Positions 1 to 9,457 of a stretch of DNA of 64,000 nucleotides are shown here, piece by piece. The position numbers were made by a program, and so were the translations under genes. The notes beneath the pieces were generated by a model that made no database searches, was not told the origin of the DNA, and worked only from the letters and a program-made list of their open reading frames with translations. This stretch comes from an uncultured Chloroflexia bacterium (lineage in GTDB: Bacteria > Chloroflexota > Limnocylindria > Limnocylindrales > CSP1-4). The stretch's first letter is position 1. The number at the start of each line of letters is the position of its first letter. Location: NCBI GenBank assembly GCA_963813335.1, contig CAWEYL010000005.1:51180-115179 (forward strand), in the 5' to 3' direction.

Positions 1-593
1 GCGGCGACCGGTTCACGACCGCCTTCGGGATCTGGGGCGCCCTCACCTGCCGGGCGGGCTTCGTCGTCGAGGACGCGGCCGAGCTGCCCGACGGGATCCG
101 CGACTACGTCGAGCGACTCGTGGGACCGTACTTCGCGGCCGTCGCCGAGTGGTACGGCGCGCTGCACATCGGCCAGACCGGCGGGACGCTGCAGGCCATC
201 ATCGACCGGCACCTCGGCGACCCGTTCTTCGGGATCTTCCTCAACCCCGGCCACCAGCTGCACCTCGACGAATGGGTGAACTCGCCGATCTGGCCGGGCT
301 CCACGGTCGAGCTGCGCTCCGGGATGGCGATGCAGGTCGACATCATCCCGGCCACGGGCACCCCCTACTTCACGACCAACATCGAGGACGGCATCGCGCT
401 CGCCGACGAGACCCTGCGCGGGTCGTTCGCGGCCGCCTACCCCGAGGCGTGGGCGCGCATCGAGGCGCGGCGACGGTTCATGGCCGACACGCTCGGCATC
501 GACCTCCACCCGGACGTGCTGCCGCTCTCCAACCTGGCGGCCGCCCTGCCGCCGTTCCTCCTGCGCCCCGACCGGGTCATGACCGTCGGCTGA
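1..593 (+). CDS. C-terminal part of an M24/Xaa-Pro aminopeptidase-like protein (5' end outside window)
   Basis: Open frame from the window edge to TGA at 593; peptidase-M24-like motifs GHQLHLDEW and NIEDGIAL. Confidence 0.55.
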   Translation, partial: GDRFTTAFGIWGALTCRAGFVVEDAAELPDGIRDYVERLVGPYFAAVAEWYGALHIGQTGGTLQAIIDRHLGDPFFGIFLNPGHQLHLDEWVNSPIWPGSTVELRSGMAMQVDIIPATGTPYFTTNIEDGIALADETLRGSFAAAYPEAWARIEARRRFMADTLGIDLHPDVLPLSNLAAALPPFLLRPDRVMTVG

Positions 594-607
594 GGCGCCA
601 GCCGGAC

Positions 608-1370
608 TCAGGTCCTGGCGGTCCCCGGCTCGAGGCGCGCCCGGAGCAGCGCGCTGCCGGCGGCGTCGAGCAGCCGGAACGACCAGCCGCCGGCGTCGGC
701 CCAGACCGCGGCCTCGAGCGTGGCGCCGGGCTCGGCCGCCGAGGCGTACTCGAGCCGCATCGCCCGCGGCACGGCGCCGACGGCGCGGGGATCCCCGGCG
801 GCGATGACCGCCTCGTCGACCCAGTCGGCGTAGACGGCGTTGTTGACGTGGGCCATCGGGTCGAGCTCCTGCGGGCGGACGGTGAAGGCGTGCCGATGCG
901 CGTCCGCAGGCGGGTCATCGAGGGCGACGCGGCCGAGGGCGAGCGCCCCGGCGGGGACCTGGAAGGTGGCCTCGAAGATCGCCGGGATCCGGATCGGGAC
1001 GCCGCGGTCGTCCACGAGCACCCAGTCGATGTCGACGCGTGGCCACGAGCGCTCCCGCCGCGTCGTGGATGTCCGAGTGGCGGCGCGACCAGACCCGCCG
1101 GAAGCCGACGACGTGGGTCGTCGCGGTCAGGTTCGAACCGACCGGGATCTCGCCGAGGATCGCGAGGCTTGCCGCCCGGACCAGCCAGGTCAGGCGCTGC
1201 TCGCCGTACCACGCCCGGTCGAAGCCGAGCGCCGCCGAGTGGATCCAGGCGAGGTCCTGCGCGTAGCGCAGCAGGGACGACGTCCGCAGGCGGCCATCCG
1301 GCGCGGCCTCGTCGAAGCGCACGCGGAACGGGGCGCTGAAGCCGGGGCCGGCACCCTCGCCGGTGCTCAT
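608..1370 (-). CDS. Acyl-ACP thioesterase (double hotdog fold), with one frameshift near 1038
   Basis: N-half RVRFDEAAPDGRLRTSSLLRYAQDLAW in one frame, C-half VRPQELDPMAHVNNAVYADW in another; removing one base joins them. Confidence 0.75.
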
Positions 1371-2041
1371 CGGGGCAGGCCGGCGAGCTCGTCGAGCGTC
1401 TCGATCGAGATCAGCCGCGTCCCCTCGGTCGGGGCGGTCTGGCGATCGAGCCGGACGGCGCACGAGCGCGCGGCATCGAAGACGACCAGGGCGACCGCGA
1501 GCCGCTCGTCCTCGTCCGCCGCGTGGGTCCGCGCGTCGTCGAGCTGGTGGAGGACGTCCGCGTTGATGCCCCGCGCGCCCCACTTGCAGTCGTAGGCCTC
1601 GGCCGCGCCCGGGCGCTCGACGGTCACGTCGTAGGGGTGGATCTCGGCGGCGACCCCGTCGAACAGGATCCGGCGCTCGCGGCGGACCGCTGGCTCGCCG
1701 ACCCGTCGCGCCAGCAGGGTCGCGGTCAGCGACTCGACGATCGCGCCGCGTACCTGACTGCGCACCTGTTCCCCGCGATCGGCCACGGCCAGCGAGGCCG
1801 CGAGGACCGCTTCGGAGCGGGCGCGGTCCGGCGGGTCCGCACCGTCGCCGAACAGCCCGGGGAACGTCGCCCGCCACCCGTCGGGGTCCGTCGTCTCGCC
1901 GTTCATCACGGCCCGGGCCAGGACCCGCTGGGCCGGCGTCGCGTCGGCGAGGAGTGCCGCGGTCGCGGCCACCGCCGGCTCGGCCTGGATCCCCGCGTAG
2001 ACGACCGCGCGGGCGTCGCGGGCCGCGTCCTGGAACCTCAC
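1367..2041 (-). CDS. Hypothetical protein with a PD-(D/E)xK restriction-endonuclease-like C-terminal domain
   Basis: 224-aa ORF overlapping both neighbours by 4 bp; E-helix IVESLTATLL, then PYDVTV...AYDCKW. Confidence 0.55.
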   Translation of the reverse strand: MRFQDAARDARAVVYAGIQAEPAVAATAALLADATPAQRVLARAVMNGETTDPDGWRATFPGLFGDGADPPDRARSEAVLAASLAVADRGEQVRSQVRGAIVESLTATLLARRVGEPAVRRERRILFDGVAAEIHPYDVTVERPGAAEAYDCKWGARGINADVLHQLDDARTHAADEDERLAVALVVFDAARSCAVRLDRQTAPTEGTRLISIETLDELAGLPR

Positions 2042-2340
2042 GGGCGCTCGCCGATCGCGAGCAGCACCACCTGGGGATAGGTCGACAGCCAGTCGATGGC
2101 GCGATGCGGGTCGCGGATGCGCCCGATCTCGTCGATCGCGCGCGCGACCGCCGCTTCCACGGCCGGTGACGCGACCTCGTCGCCGCGTGCGGCGATGGCC
2201 GCCTCGATGCGCTCGCGCCAGGCGGCTTCAAGGTCGGTGACGTAGGTCCACTCGTCCTCGACCTCCTCGCCGAGCGCCTCCAGCTCCCCATAGGCCTCGA
2301 GGGCGTCGGCCAGCAGGGCCGCGATCGTCGGGTCGGACAT
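2038..2340 (-). CDS. Hypothetical acidic helical protein
   Basis: 100-aa ORF with natural composition, translationally coupled to the downstream gene. Confidence 0.65.
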   Translation of the reverse strand: MSDPTIAALLADALEAYGELEALGEEVEDEWTYVTDLEAAWRERIEAAIAARGDEVASPAVEAAVARAIDEIGRIRDPHRAIDWLSTYPQVVLLAIGERP

Positions 2341-2366
2341 GGGCCAAGCCTACGGCCTGGCGCGGA

Positions 2367-2639
2367 TCAGGAGGTGGCGGGTCTCCCGGAGGGGAGCGCG
2401 CGGCCGGGGACCGATCCCTCGGTGCCGGCCTCGCCGGAGGGCGGTCGGGCGGCTCGCCGCAGCAGGTCCTCGAGGCCGCGCCGCGCCCGCGGGTCCCAGG
2501 CACGGGAGTAGATCCGTGTCGCGGCGGCGCGCACGCGTCCCGCCTCCGCTCGGGAACCGTCCCGCTCGAGTTCGGCGACCCGATCGAGGATGGCGCGATA
2601 GAGGGCAGGCAGCTCTTCGGCGGGAGAGTTCTGCTCCAT
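2367..2639 (-). CDS. Hypothetical protein
   Basis: 90-aa ORF fitting the gap in a minus-strand gene run; helical composition. Confidence 0.55.
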   Translation of the reverse strand: MEQNSPAEELPALYRAILDRVAELERDGSRAEAGRVRAAATRIYSRAWDPRARRGLEDLLRRAARPPSGEAGTEGSVPGRALPSGRPATS

Positions 2640-2720
2640 CGTCCGTCACGTTGCGCTCATCGGCCAGCGGAGGGGAATAGCCCAGCGGTCCCGTCGGGGC
2701 TCGGCGATGGTCGGAGGCGC

Positions 2721-3023
2721 TCAGTCGCCCAGGTGGGACCCGCTGCGCACGGCGAACGGCCCCAGGTCGCCGCCCGGCGGGCCCCAACGCTCGCTGACGT
2801 CGGTCACCAGGGCTGCCGGCGGGCCGGCGCGAAGGATGGCCAGGAACGCCTCCAGGCGGTCGCGCGGACCCTGGGCCACGCACCGCACCGAGCCGTCCGG
2901 CTCGTTGGCGACCCAGCCCGCGAGGTCGAGCGCCATCGCCTCGCGCCACGCGAAGTAGCGGTAGCCGACGCCCTGGACGCTGCCGCGGACGATGGCCTCG
3001 AGGCGGGCCGGCTCGGTGGTCAC
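2721..3023 (-). CDS. acyP: Acylphosphatase
   Basis: Signature motifs GSVQGVGYRYF and GWVANEPDGSV. Confidence 0.92.
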   Translation of the reverse strand: MTTEPARLEAIVRGSVQGVGYRYFAWREAMALDLAGWVANEPDGSVRCVAQGPRDRLEAFLAILRAGPPAALVTDVSERWGPPGGDLGPFAVRSGSHLGD

Positions 3024-4267
3024 GCCGCCCGGCGGCGATGCGGCCAGTCGAGGACGAGGACGTCGAGGACCAGCTCCGGCGAGCCGTTGGCCGCGAGGAG
3101 GGTCGCCGCGCGTTCCGTCGCCGCGAGCGCCAGCGCGGCCGCGCCATCCGGCAGGTCCGCCGCGGCGGCGGTCAGCTCCTCGAGCAGGTCGGGGTCGCGG
3201 ACCGCGCGGACGCCGCCGGCACTGACCAGGGCGAGATCGCGCGCGACGTCGATCCAGACCGAGACGAGGATCTCGGCCGCGCGGCGCCGCAGCGGGGCCG
3301 GGATCGCGCGGCCGACGGCCGGCTCGGGCGGCTCATCGACGGTCACGTCCGCGGCCGGATCGTCGTCGGTCGCGGCCGGGGCAGGCGGCGGGCCGGTGCC
3401 GGCCGCCCCCTTCGCGGGACGTCGGCCCGAGCGCCCGGCGGTCTTCTCGCCGGCGCCATCCGCCACGGGGAGCGGGGCCATCGCGGCCTCCAGCGCGGTC
3501 GACATCGCGATGGCGATCGGCAGCGCCTCGCGCATGGCGACCAGTCGGCGCGCCGGTCGCGCGGCGAGGAGGTCCAGCAGGGTGCGCGCCAGCTCGGCGC
3601 GGGCACGGACCGCGTCGGGGGCGCGGGCGTAGGCGATGGCGACGCCGGGCCGGCCGGCCGCCAGCCGGGCCAGCCGGGAGGCGAGCGGGGCGTCGGCCAC
3701 GCCGTGCTCGGCCAGGATCGCTTCGATGTCGCGCGGGCCGACCGGACCCAGCCGGATCCGCGCGCAGCGCGACCGGATCGTCGGCAGCAGCCGATCGACA
3801 TCGTCGGCGCACAGGATGATCGTGACCCCGTCCGGGGTCTCCTCGAGCGTCTTGAGGAGCGCGCCCTGGGCGGCCTCGTTCATCCGGTGGGCCGATTCGA
3901 TCACGGCGACGCGAGCGCCCCCCTCGAGCGGCATGAGCAGCAGGTCGCCGATGAGGTCGCGGACGCCGCGCAGCTTCTCGTCACGCCCGCCGATGACGAC
4001 CTGGCCGCCCGGCCCCTCCGGCGCCACCACGTGGAGGTCCGGGTGATCGCCGTGCTCGACCAGGCGGCAGCCCCGACAGGTCCGGCACGGGCGCGCCGCG
4101 ACGTCCGGGTGGACGCACAGCAGCCCCGCCGCGAGGTCCATCGCGAGCGTCGTCTTGCCGACCCCACCCGGGCCGCTGAGCAGGAGCGCGTGGGGCGCCC
4201 CGCCGCGGATCATCCCCTCGACGGCGGCCAGCGCCGTGGCCTGGCCGCGCGTCCGGGCGCCGTCCAT
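3020..4267 (-). CDS. holB: DNA polymerase III delta' subunit
   Basis: HALLLSGPGGVGKT, Zn motif C...CRTCRGC, HPD, ALLKTLEE and LLPTIRSRC. Confidence 0.88.
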   Translation of the reverse strand: MDGARTRGQATALAAVEGMIRGGAPHALLLSGPGGVGKTTLAMDLAAGLLCVHPDVAARPCRTCRGCRLVEHGDHPDLHVVAPEGPGGQVVIGGRDEKLRGVRDLIGDLLLMPLEGGARVAVIESAHRMNEAAQGALLKTLEETPDGVTIILCADDVDRLLPTIRSRCARIRLGPVGPRDIEAILAEHGVADAPLASRLARLAAGRPGVAIAYARAPDAVRARAELARTLLDLLAARPARRLVAMREALPIAIAMSTALEAAMAPLPVADGAGEKTAGRSGRRPAKGAAGTGPPPAPAATDDDPAADVTVDEPPEPAVGRAIPAPLRRRAAEILVSVWIDVARDLALVSAGGVRAVRDPDLLEELTAAAADLPDGAAALALAATERAATLLAANGSPELVLDVLVLDWPHRRRAA

Positions 4268-4282
4268 TCGCGTGGAGACGGC

Positions 4283-6097
4283 CTAGGCGGTCGGCGCCTT
4301 GCGCGGGGCGCGCGGCTTCTTCGCCGGTGCCTCGCCCGCATCGGTCCCTGCGACCGCGGCTGCCTTGGATGCGGCCGGCTTGCGGGTCGCCTTCGGCTTC
4401 GGGGCGGCGGCGTCGTCGGTCGCGGCGGCCGTGGCCGCCTTGGATGCGGCCGGCTTGCGGGTCGCCTTCGGCTTCGGGGCGGGGGCGTCGTCGGTCGCGG
4501 CGGCCGTGGCCGCCTTGGATGCGGCCGGCTTGCGGGTCGCCTTCGGCTTCGGGGCGGCGGCGTCGATCGGGGACTCGGGCACGGCTTCCGCGCGCGCCTC
4601 GGCCGGCCGCGAGGCGACCGGCTTGCTGGCGAGCTGGGCCATCAGCTGGGCCTCGAGCTCCGGCGGGACCTCGCTCCATTCGTCGCTGCCACGGCGCGGG
4701 GCCGGTGCAGCCCCACCGCCGCCACCGCTCGATGGACGGGGTCCGCGGTCGTACGACCGGTCCTGCCGCTGACCGGCGGCCGGGGTCCGTCCGCTCACGT
4801 CCGGATACCGGTTGATCCCCCCGCCGCCGCCGCGGCCATAGCGCTCGCGCGCCATCGCCGACTGGTAGGCCGCGCGACCGCCGCGGGCACCGCCGCCACC
4901 GCCCCCGCGACCCGCGTTACCGCGCCGCTGCTCGGCGATCAGGTATTCGGGGATCTCGGGCTCGTCGAAGTCTTCGTCGTCGCTGAGCGGCTTGAACGTC
5001 CCGGACGAGGCCGCCGGGGCGGCCGTCCCGAGCTGCGAATCCCAGACCGAGCCGAACGGCGTCGCCTTGGGGTTGCGCGGCGGGGCGACGATGTCCTCGA
5101 GCTCCTCGTGGTCCTCGTCGTCCTCCGGTTCGACCGCGTGGGTCCGCGCGCCGTTGGACGGTGCCTCGGTCCCGGCCGGTTCGCCCTCGCCACGGCCGCG
5201 TCCGCGTCCGCGTCCGCGGCCACCGCGGCGGCGCCGGCGGCGGGTGCCGTCGCCGTCCTCGCCATTCGCGGCTCCGGGCAGCTCGACGACCTCGCCGTCG
5301 TCATCGAGGGTGAACACCTCGGCGGCGGCCAGGTCGGCCTCGGTGAGCGACCCCGGCAGGCGCGAGAGCCGCTCGCCGGGCAGCGCTACGAGGCCACCAT
5401 CGACCGCAGCCGTCGCGGCGACGGCTGCGGCGGCGACCGGGCGGGCCCGACCGCGTCCGCGCCCCGAGGCGGCCACCGGCTCCGGCTCGCCGGCACGGCC
5501 ACGGCCTCGACCACGACCACGGCCACGGCCGGCACCGGTCCCCTCGGTCTGCTTGTCGGGGACCTCGGTCATCGAGAGGTCCTCGCCGTCGTCGCTGACG
5601 CGTCGACCGGAGCGCGAACCCTTCTCGACGCGCGCGAGCTGGATGATGTCGGTGAAGAGGTCGGCGACCTCGATCAGGTCGGAGCTGGTGTTGCCCCGGA
5701 AGCTGATGACCTCGCAGCGGACGCCCATCTCCTGGACCGCCCGGATGGCCGGCGCGAAGTCGCCGTCACCGGAGACCACGATGGCGATATCGAGGTTCCG
5801 AGCGGTCTTCATCATGTCGACCACGAGCTCGATGTCGAGGTTGGCCTTGACCTTGCCGTCCCCGTACTTGCGGATGTCCTTGCTGACGACCTTGTAGTTG
5901 CTCCGGCGCAGGAAGTCGTGGAAGTTGCGCTGGTTCTCGTTGTCCGGATCGAGACCTGTGTACGCGTACGCGCGCACGAGGTCCCGGCCGGCCGTGGCCG
6001 ACTTGAGCAACGTGACGTAGTCGATGTCCACGCCGGCGGCCTTGGCCGCATAGAAGATGTTCGCCACGTCAACGAAGACGGCGACGTTCTTGCCCAC
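4283..6097 (-). CDS. NYN-domain (LabA/DUF88, PIN-like) protein with a ~430-aa disordered C-terminal tail
   Basis: Motifs VFVDVAN, K..D..LVVD and VSGDGDF; tail rich in RG, acidic and PAK repeats. Confidence 0.85.
   Translation of the reverse strand: MGKNVAVFVDVANIFYAAKAAGVDIDYVTLLKSATAGRDLVRAYAYTGLDPDNENQRNFHDFLRRSNYKVVSKDIRKYGDGKVKANLDIELVVDMMKTARNLDIAIVVSGDGDFAPAIRAVQEMGVRCEVISFRGNTSSDLIEVADLFTDIIQLARVEKGSRSGRRVSDDGEDLSMTEVPDKQTEGTGAGRGRGRGRGRGRAGEPEPVAASGRGRGRARPVAAAAVAATAAVDGGLVALPGERLSRLPGSLTEADLAAAEVFTLDDDGEVVELPGAANGEDGDGTRRRRRRGGRGRGRGRGRGEGEPAGTEAPSNGARTHAVEPEDDEDHEELEDIVAPPRNPKATPFGSVWDSQLGTAAPAASSGTFKPLSDDEDFDEPEIPEYLIAEQRRGNAGRGGGGGGARGGRAAYQSAMARERYGRGGGGGINRYPDVSGRTPAAGQRQDRSYDRGPRPSSGGGGGAAPAPRRGSDEWSEVPPELEAQLMAQLASKPVASRPAEARAEAVPESPIDAAAPKPKATRKPAASKAATAAATDDAPAPKPKATRKPAASKAATAAATDDAAAPKPKATRKPAASKAAAVAGTDAGEAPAKKPRAPRKAPTA
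4350..4566 (-). repeat. About three tandem 75-bp coding repeats (PKPKATRKPAASKAATAAATDDAxA)
   Basis: GCCTTGGATGCGGCCGGCTTGCGGGTCGCCTTCGGCTTCGGGGC recurs at 4362, 4437 and 4512. Confidence 0.9.
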
Positions 6098-6158
6098 TCT
6101 GACTCCTTGAGTTAGGGATCCACCCGGCCGGCGCGAGCACGCTGCACGGCGGGCAGGT

Positions 6159-6626
6159 TCATGAGGAGTGACGCCCGGCAGCTCCAGCCGCCGTCACGAT
6201 GCGTTGCAGTCGAGGTCCAGCCACGTCGAAGCCCATCCCTTCCAGGCGGGCCCGGGCGACAGGGTCATCCGGCCGAACGGTCTCGACGACCGTGCAGCCC
6301 TTGTTGCTGGCCGATCGCAGGAGTTCGTCGACGAGCGCCTCCGTGATCCGTTCCGCATCGTGGTCCGGGTCGACGACCAGCAGGTCGATCGTGCCCACGT
6401 ACCCGCCGGAATGGACCGACGGACGAAGCGCGAGGACGGCCCCGCCCACGATGAGACGCCGCGATTCCGCGACGACGATGCTGGCCTGCGGCAGGTAGAC
6501 GAGCTGGCGCATGAGATCCGCGGCGGCGAGCGGTCCGCCGGCAGCGGTCATCGACAGGGCGCCGTCGCTCAAGGCGACGAGACGGTCGATGTCCGTGACA
6601 CGGGCGGCTCGGACCAGGTATTCCAC
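6159..6626 (-). CDS. GNAT family N-acetyltransferase
   Basis: VRAARVTDIDRL start, IDLLVVDP motif A region, LEGMGF end; in-frame GTG at 6626. Confidence 0.75.
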   Translation of the reverse strand: MEYLVRAARVTDIDRLVALSDGALSMTAAGGPLAAADLMRQLVYLPQASIVVAESRRLIVGGAVLALRPSVHSGGYVGTIDLLVVDPDHDAERITEALVDELLRSASNKGCTVVETVRPDDPVARARLEGMGFDVAGPRLQRIVTAAGAAGRHSS

Positions 6627-6766
6627 GCGGGCGGGGTACCTCGCAGGGCCGGCGATCCGTCGCCCCCGACCGGAGCTCGAGCAGGGGTCGTACCGATCTC
6701 GCGCTCCCCTCGTCGGCGGCGAGCGAAAGCGCTCGCGACAGGCTGACGGGGCGCGGCCGACCGGTA

Positions 6767-6803
6767 TTGCAATCGGAACGCCGATGCCTATGATACGGCA
6801 TCG
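6767..6803 (+). promoter_or_regulatory. Putative sigma70 promoter of the liv operon; -10 box lies inside an inverted repeat
   Basis: TTGCAA-16 bp-TATGAT; CGATGCC...GGCATCG flanks the -10 box. Confidence 0.45.
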
Positions 6804-6998
6804 CTTCGGCGGCCACCTGCGCGCCGCTCGGACGCGGGCTCGTAGCCACCACCCGTCACGCACCAGTGCCCGGCATGCGCGGCCCTCCGAGGGGGGCGGC
6901 CAGCGCCACCGGGCTCCGGGCGCCGGGGGTTCGGCTCCGATCCGCGTCGCGGGTCGCCTGCACGGGTGGATTCGACCGGTGATTTGGAGGAGTACTGG

Positions 6999-8294
6999 AT
7001 GAAACTGCACAGGATCGGTGCGCTCGCGGCCGTCAGCGTCTTGGCGTTCGCAGCGTGCAACAGCAGCGGCTCGAGCGCCGCACCGAGCACGGCGGCCAGC
7101 GGTGGCGCGGTCGCGACGCCCGGCGACACCAGCAAGGGCACGGTGAACATCGCGATCGAGCTCCCGCAGCAGGGCAGCGAGCTCGCGGCGTCCCAGCCGA
7201 TCATCAACGGCATCCTGCTTGCCGTGAAGGAAGCCGGCGGCGCCGCCGGCGGGTACAAGATCGAGATCCCCAAGGAAGTCATCTTCGATGACGCCAAGGA
7301 CGGCGTGCACGACCCGCAGACGGGTGCCCAGAACATGGGCAACATCGTCGGCCTCGACAAGGTCGTCGCCGTCATCGGCCCGCTCAACTCGAGCGTCGCC
7401 AAGGTCCAGATCCCGATCAGCAACGAGGCTGGCCTGTTCCAGTGCAGCCCGGCCAACACCAACGAAGGCCTGACCAAGCCGGAGTTCGGCGCCCTCGACA
7501 TCCGCAAGGCGAACCCCACGAAGATCAACTACGTGCGGGTCGTCACCACGGACGACAACCAGGGCCCGGCGGCTGCCAAGTACATCCTCGAGGTCCTTGG
7601 CAAGAAGAACGTCTACATCATCGATAGCACCGACACGTTCGGGAAGGGCATCGCCGACAACTTCCAGAAGTACCTGGAAGCCAACGGCGGGAAGACCGTC
7701 GCCCGCGACGGCGCCCCGAAGGGCACCTCGGACTACAGCGCGCTCATGACCGCCGCGGCGGCCGCCAAGCCGGAGGCGATCTACTTCGGTGGCGTCACGG
7801 CCGACGGTGGTGCGCGCATCCTCAAGGCCGCGGTCGCGGCCGGCATGGCCGACATCCCGTTCATCGGGCCGGACGGCATCTATGACGGCAGCGCGGCGAC
7901 CAAGGACTCGTTCCTGAACCTGGCCGGCGACGACGCCAAGAACTCCTACGCGACGGCCGCCGCGGTCGGGGACTTCCCCGGTCGTGAGGACTTCGCCAAG
8001 CGGTTCAAGGCTGAGTACAGCTCGGATCCGACCGGCTACAGCGCGACTGGCTACGCCTGCGCGCAGGTCGTCATCGACGCCCTCAACCGGGCGGCGGCAT
8101 CGGCCGACATGAAGGCGCTCCGTGAGGCCGTCCGTGTCGCCGGTGTCGACACGACCCACAAGTACACGTCGGTGATCGGCGAGTTCACGTTCGACGCGAA
8201 CGGCGACACGAGCCAGAAGATCATCTCGTTCTACGGCTTCGACGCGGCGACCAAGGACTGGGCCTTCAAGTCCCAGCTCGACTTCGCCAAGTAA
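6999..8294 (+). CDS. livK: Branched-chain amino acid ABC transporter substrate-binding lipoprotein (LivK/LivJ family)
   Basis: GGAGG RBS, lipobox LAFAAC, VIGPLNSS, SPANT and FDANGD. Confidence 0.85.
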   Translation: MKLHRIGALAAVSVLAFAACNSSGSSAAPSTAASGGAVATPGDTSKGTVNIAIELPQQGSELAASQPIINGILLAVKEAGGAAGGYKIEIPKEVIFDDAKDGVHDPQTGAQNMGNIVGLDKVVAVIGPLNSSVAKVQIPISNEAGLFQCSPANTNEGLTKPEFGALDIRKANPTKINYVRVVTTDDNQGPAAAKYILEVLGKKNVYIIDSTDTFGKGIADNFQKYLEANGGKTVARDGAPKGTSDYSALMTAAAAAKPEAIYFGGVTADGGARILKAAVAAGMADIPFIGPDGIYDGSAATKDSFLNLAGDDAKNSYATAAAVGDFPGREDFAKRFKAEYSSDPTGYSATGYACAQVVIDALNRAAASADMKALREAVRVAGVDTTHKYTSVIGEFTFDANGDTSQKIISFYGFDAATKDWAFKSQLDFAK

Positions 8295-8307
8295 GACCGC
8301 AGTGACG

Positions 8308-8346
8308 GGGGCCGGGGATCCAGCGGATCCCCGGCCCTCTCTCTAC
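8308..8346 (+). terminator. Intergenic hairpin after the binding-protein gene (terminator or mRNA stabiliser)
   Basis: 13-bp stem GGGCCGGGGATCC-AGC-GGATCCCCGGCCC followed by a pyrimidine run. Confidence 0.65.
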
Positions 8347-8383
8347 TCCCACTTGATCGTCCTGCGATAGCCAGAGGTCGACC

Positions 8384-9457
8384 GTGACGGCTGCGTCTAG
8401 CTCCGGGAGCCCCGCCGATCGCGGTCGCATCGACCCGCGGCTCCGACTGCTCGGCACCTGCCTGCTCGGGATCGTCATCTACTACCTGGTCCTGAGCGTC
8501 ATGGTGGAGGGCGGCTCGGCCGTCGCGGCCCAGCAGGTCGGCAACGCCCTCACGCTGGGCGCCATCTACTCGCTCGTGGCCCTCGGCTACACGATGGTCT
8601 ACGGCATCATCGAGCTCATCAACTTCGCCCACGGCGACGTGTTCATGGTCGGCACGTTCATGTCGTTGTTCTTCCTGTCGAGCCCGCCGGCGCCGCTCGA
8701 CTTCCTCGGCCTGCATCTCCACGGACCCATCGCCGAGCCGATCACGCTGGCGCTCGTCATGTTCGCGGCCTTCGTCTTCGGGATGACGGTGATGGGCCTC
8801 ATCAACGTGACCATCGAGCGCTTCGCCTACCGACCGCTGCGCCATGCCCCGCGGGTCGCCCCGCTGATCACCGCGATCGGCGTCTCGCTGATCCTGCAGA
8901 ACATCATGCAGATCATCGTCGGGACCGGCGACCGCCTCGTGCCGCAGGTCTTCCCCAACACCAAGATCTCGATCATGGGCGCCAGCATCGGCGTCCTGAA
9001 CATCTTCATCCTCGCGGTGTCGCTGTCCCTGATGTACGTCCTGGTGCTGTTCGTCGGGCGCACCCGGCTCGGCCGCGCGATGCGCGCCACCGCCCAGGAC
9101 CAGCAGGCCGCCCAGCTGATGGGCGTCGACCTCAACCAGACGATCGCGATCACGTTCCTCATCGGTGGCGCCCTCGCCGGCGCCGCGGGCGTCTTCCAGG
9201 GCCAGTACTTCGGGTTCGTGCGCTTCGATCTCGGGTTCAACGCCGGCCTGAAGGCCTTCACGGCCGCCGTCCTCGGCGGCATCGGCAACCTGGCCGGCGC
9301 GGTGCTCGGCGGATTCATGATCGCGTTCATCGAGGTCTTCGCCGCGGCGAACGGACAGCAGCGCTGGTCCCAGGCCATCCTGTTCATGGTCCTGATCCTC
9401 GTGCTGGTCTTCCGTCCGAGCGGCATCCTCGGCCAGCAGATCGGGGAGCGGGCATGA
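8384..9457 (+). CDS. livH: Branched-chain amino acid ABC permease
   Basis: ALGYTMVYGIIELINFAHG, GRAMRATAQD and AFTAAVLGGIGN. Confidence 0.92.
   Translation: MTAASSSGSPADRGRIDPRLRLLGTCLLGIVIYYLVLSVMVEGGSAVAAQQVGNALTLGAIYSLVALGYTMVYGIIELINFAHGDVFMVGTFMSLFFLSSPPAPLDFLGLHLHGPIAEPITLALVMFAAFVFGMTVMGLINVTIERFAYRPLRHAPRVAPLITAIGVSLILQNIMQIIVGTGDRLVPQVFPNTKISIMGASIGVLNIFILAVSLSLMYVLVLFVGRTRLGRAMRATAQDQQAAQLMGVDLNQTIAITFLIGGALAGAAGVFQGQYFGFVRFDLGFNAGLKAFTAAVLGGIGNLAGAVLGGFMIAFIEVFAAANGQQRWSQAILFMVLILVLVFRPSGILGQQIGERA

Noticed and set aside
4350-4566. CRISPR-like repeat array
   Set aside because: The 75-bp units are contiguous, in frame within a CDS and lack unique spacers; no cas genes are present.
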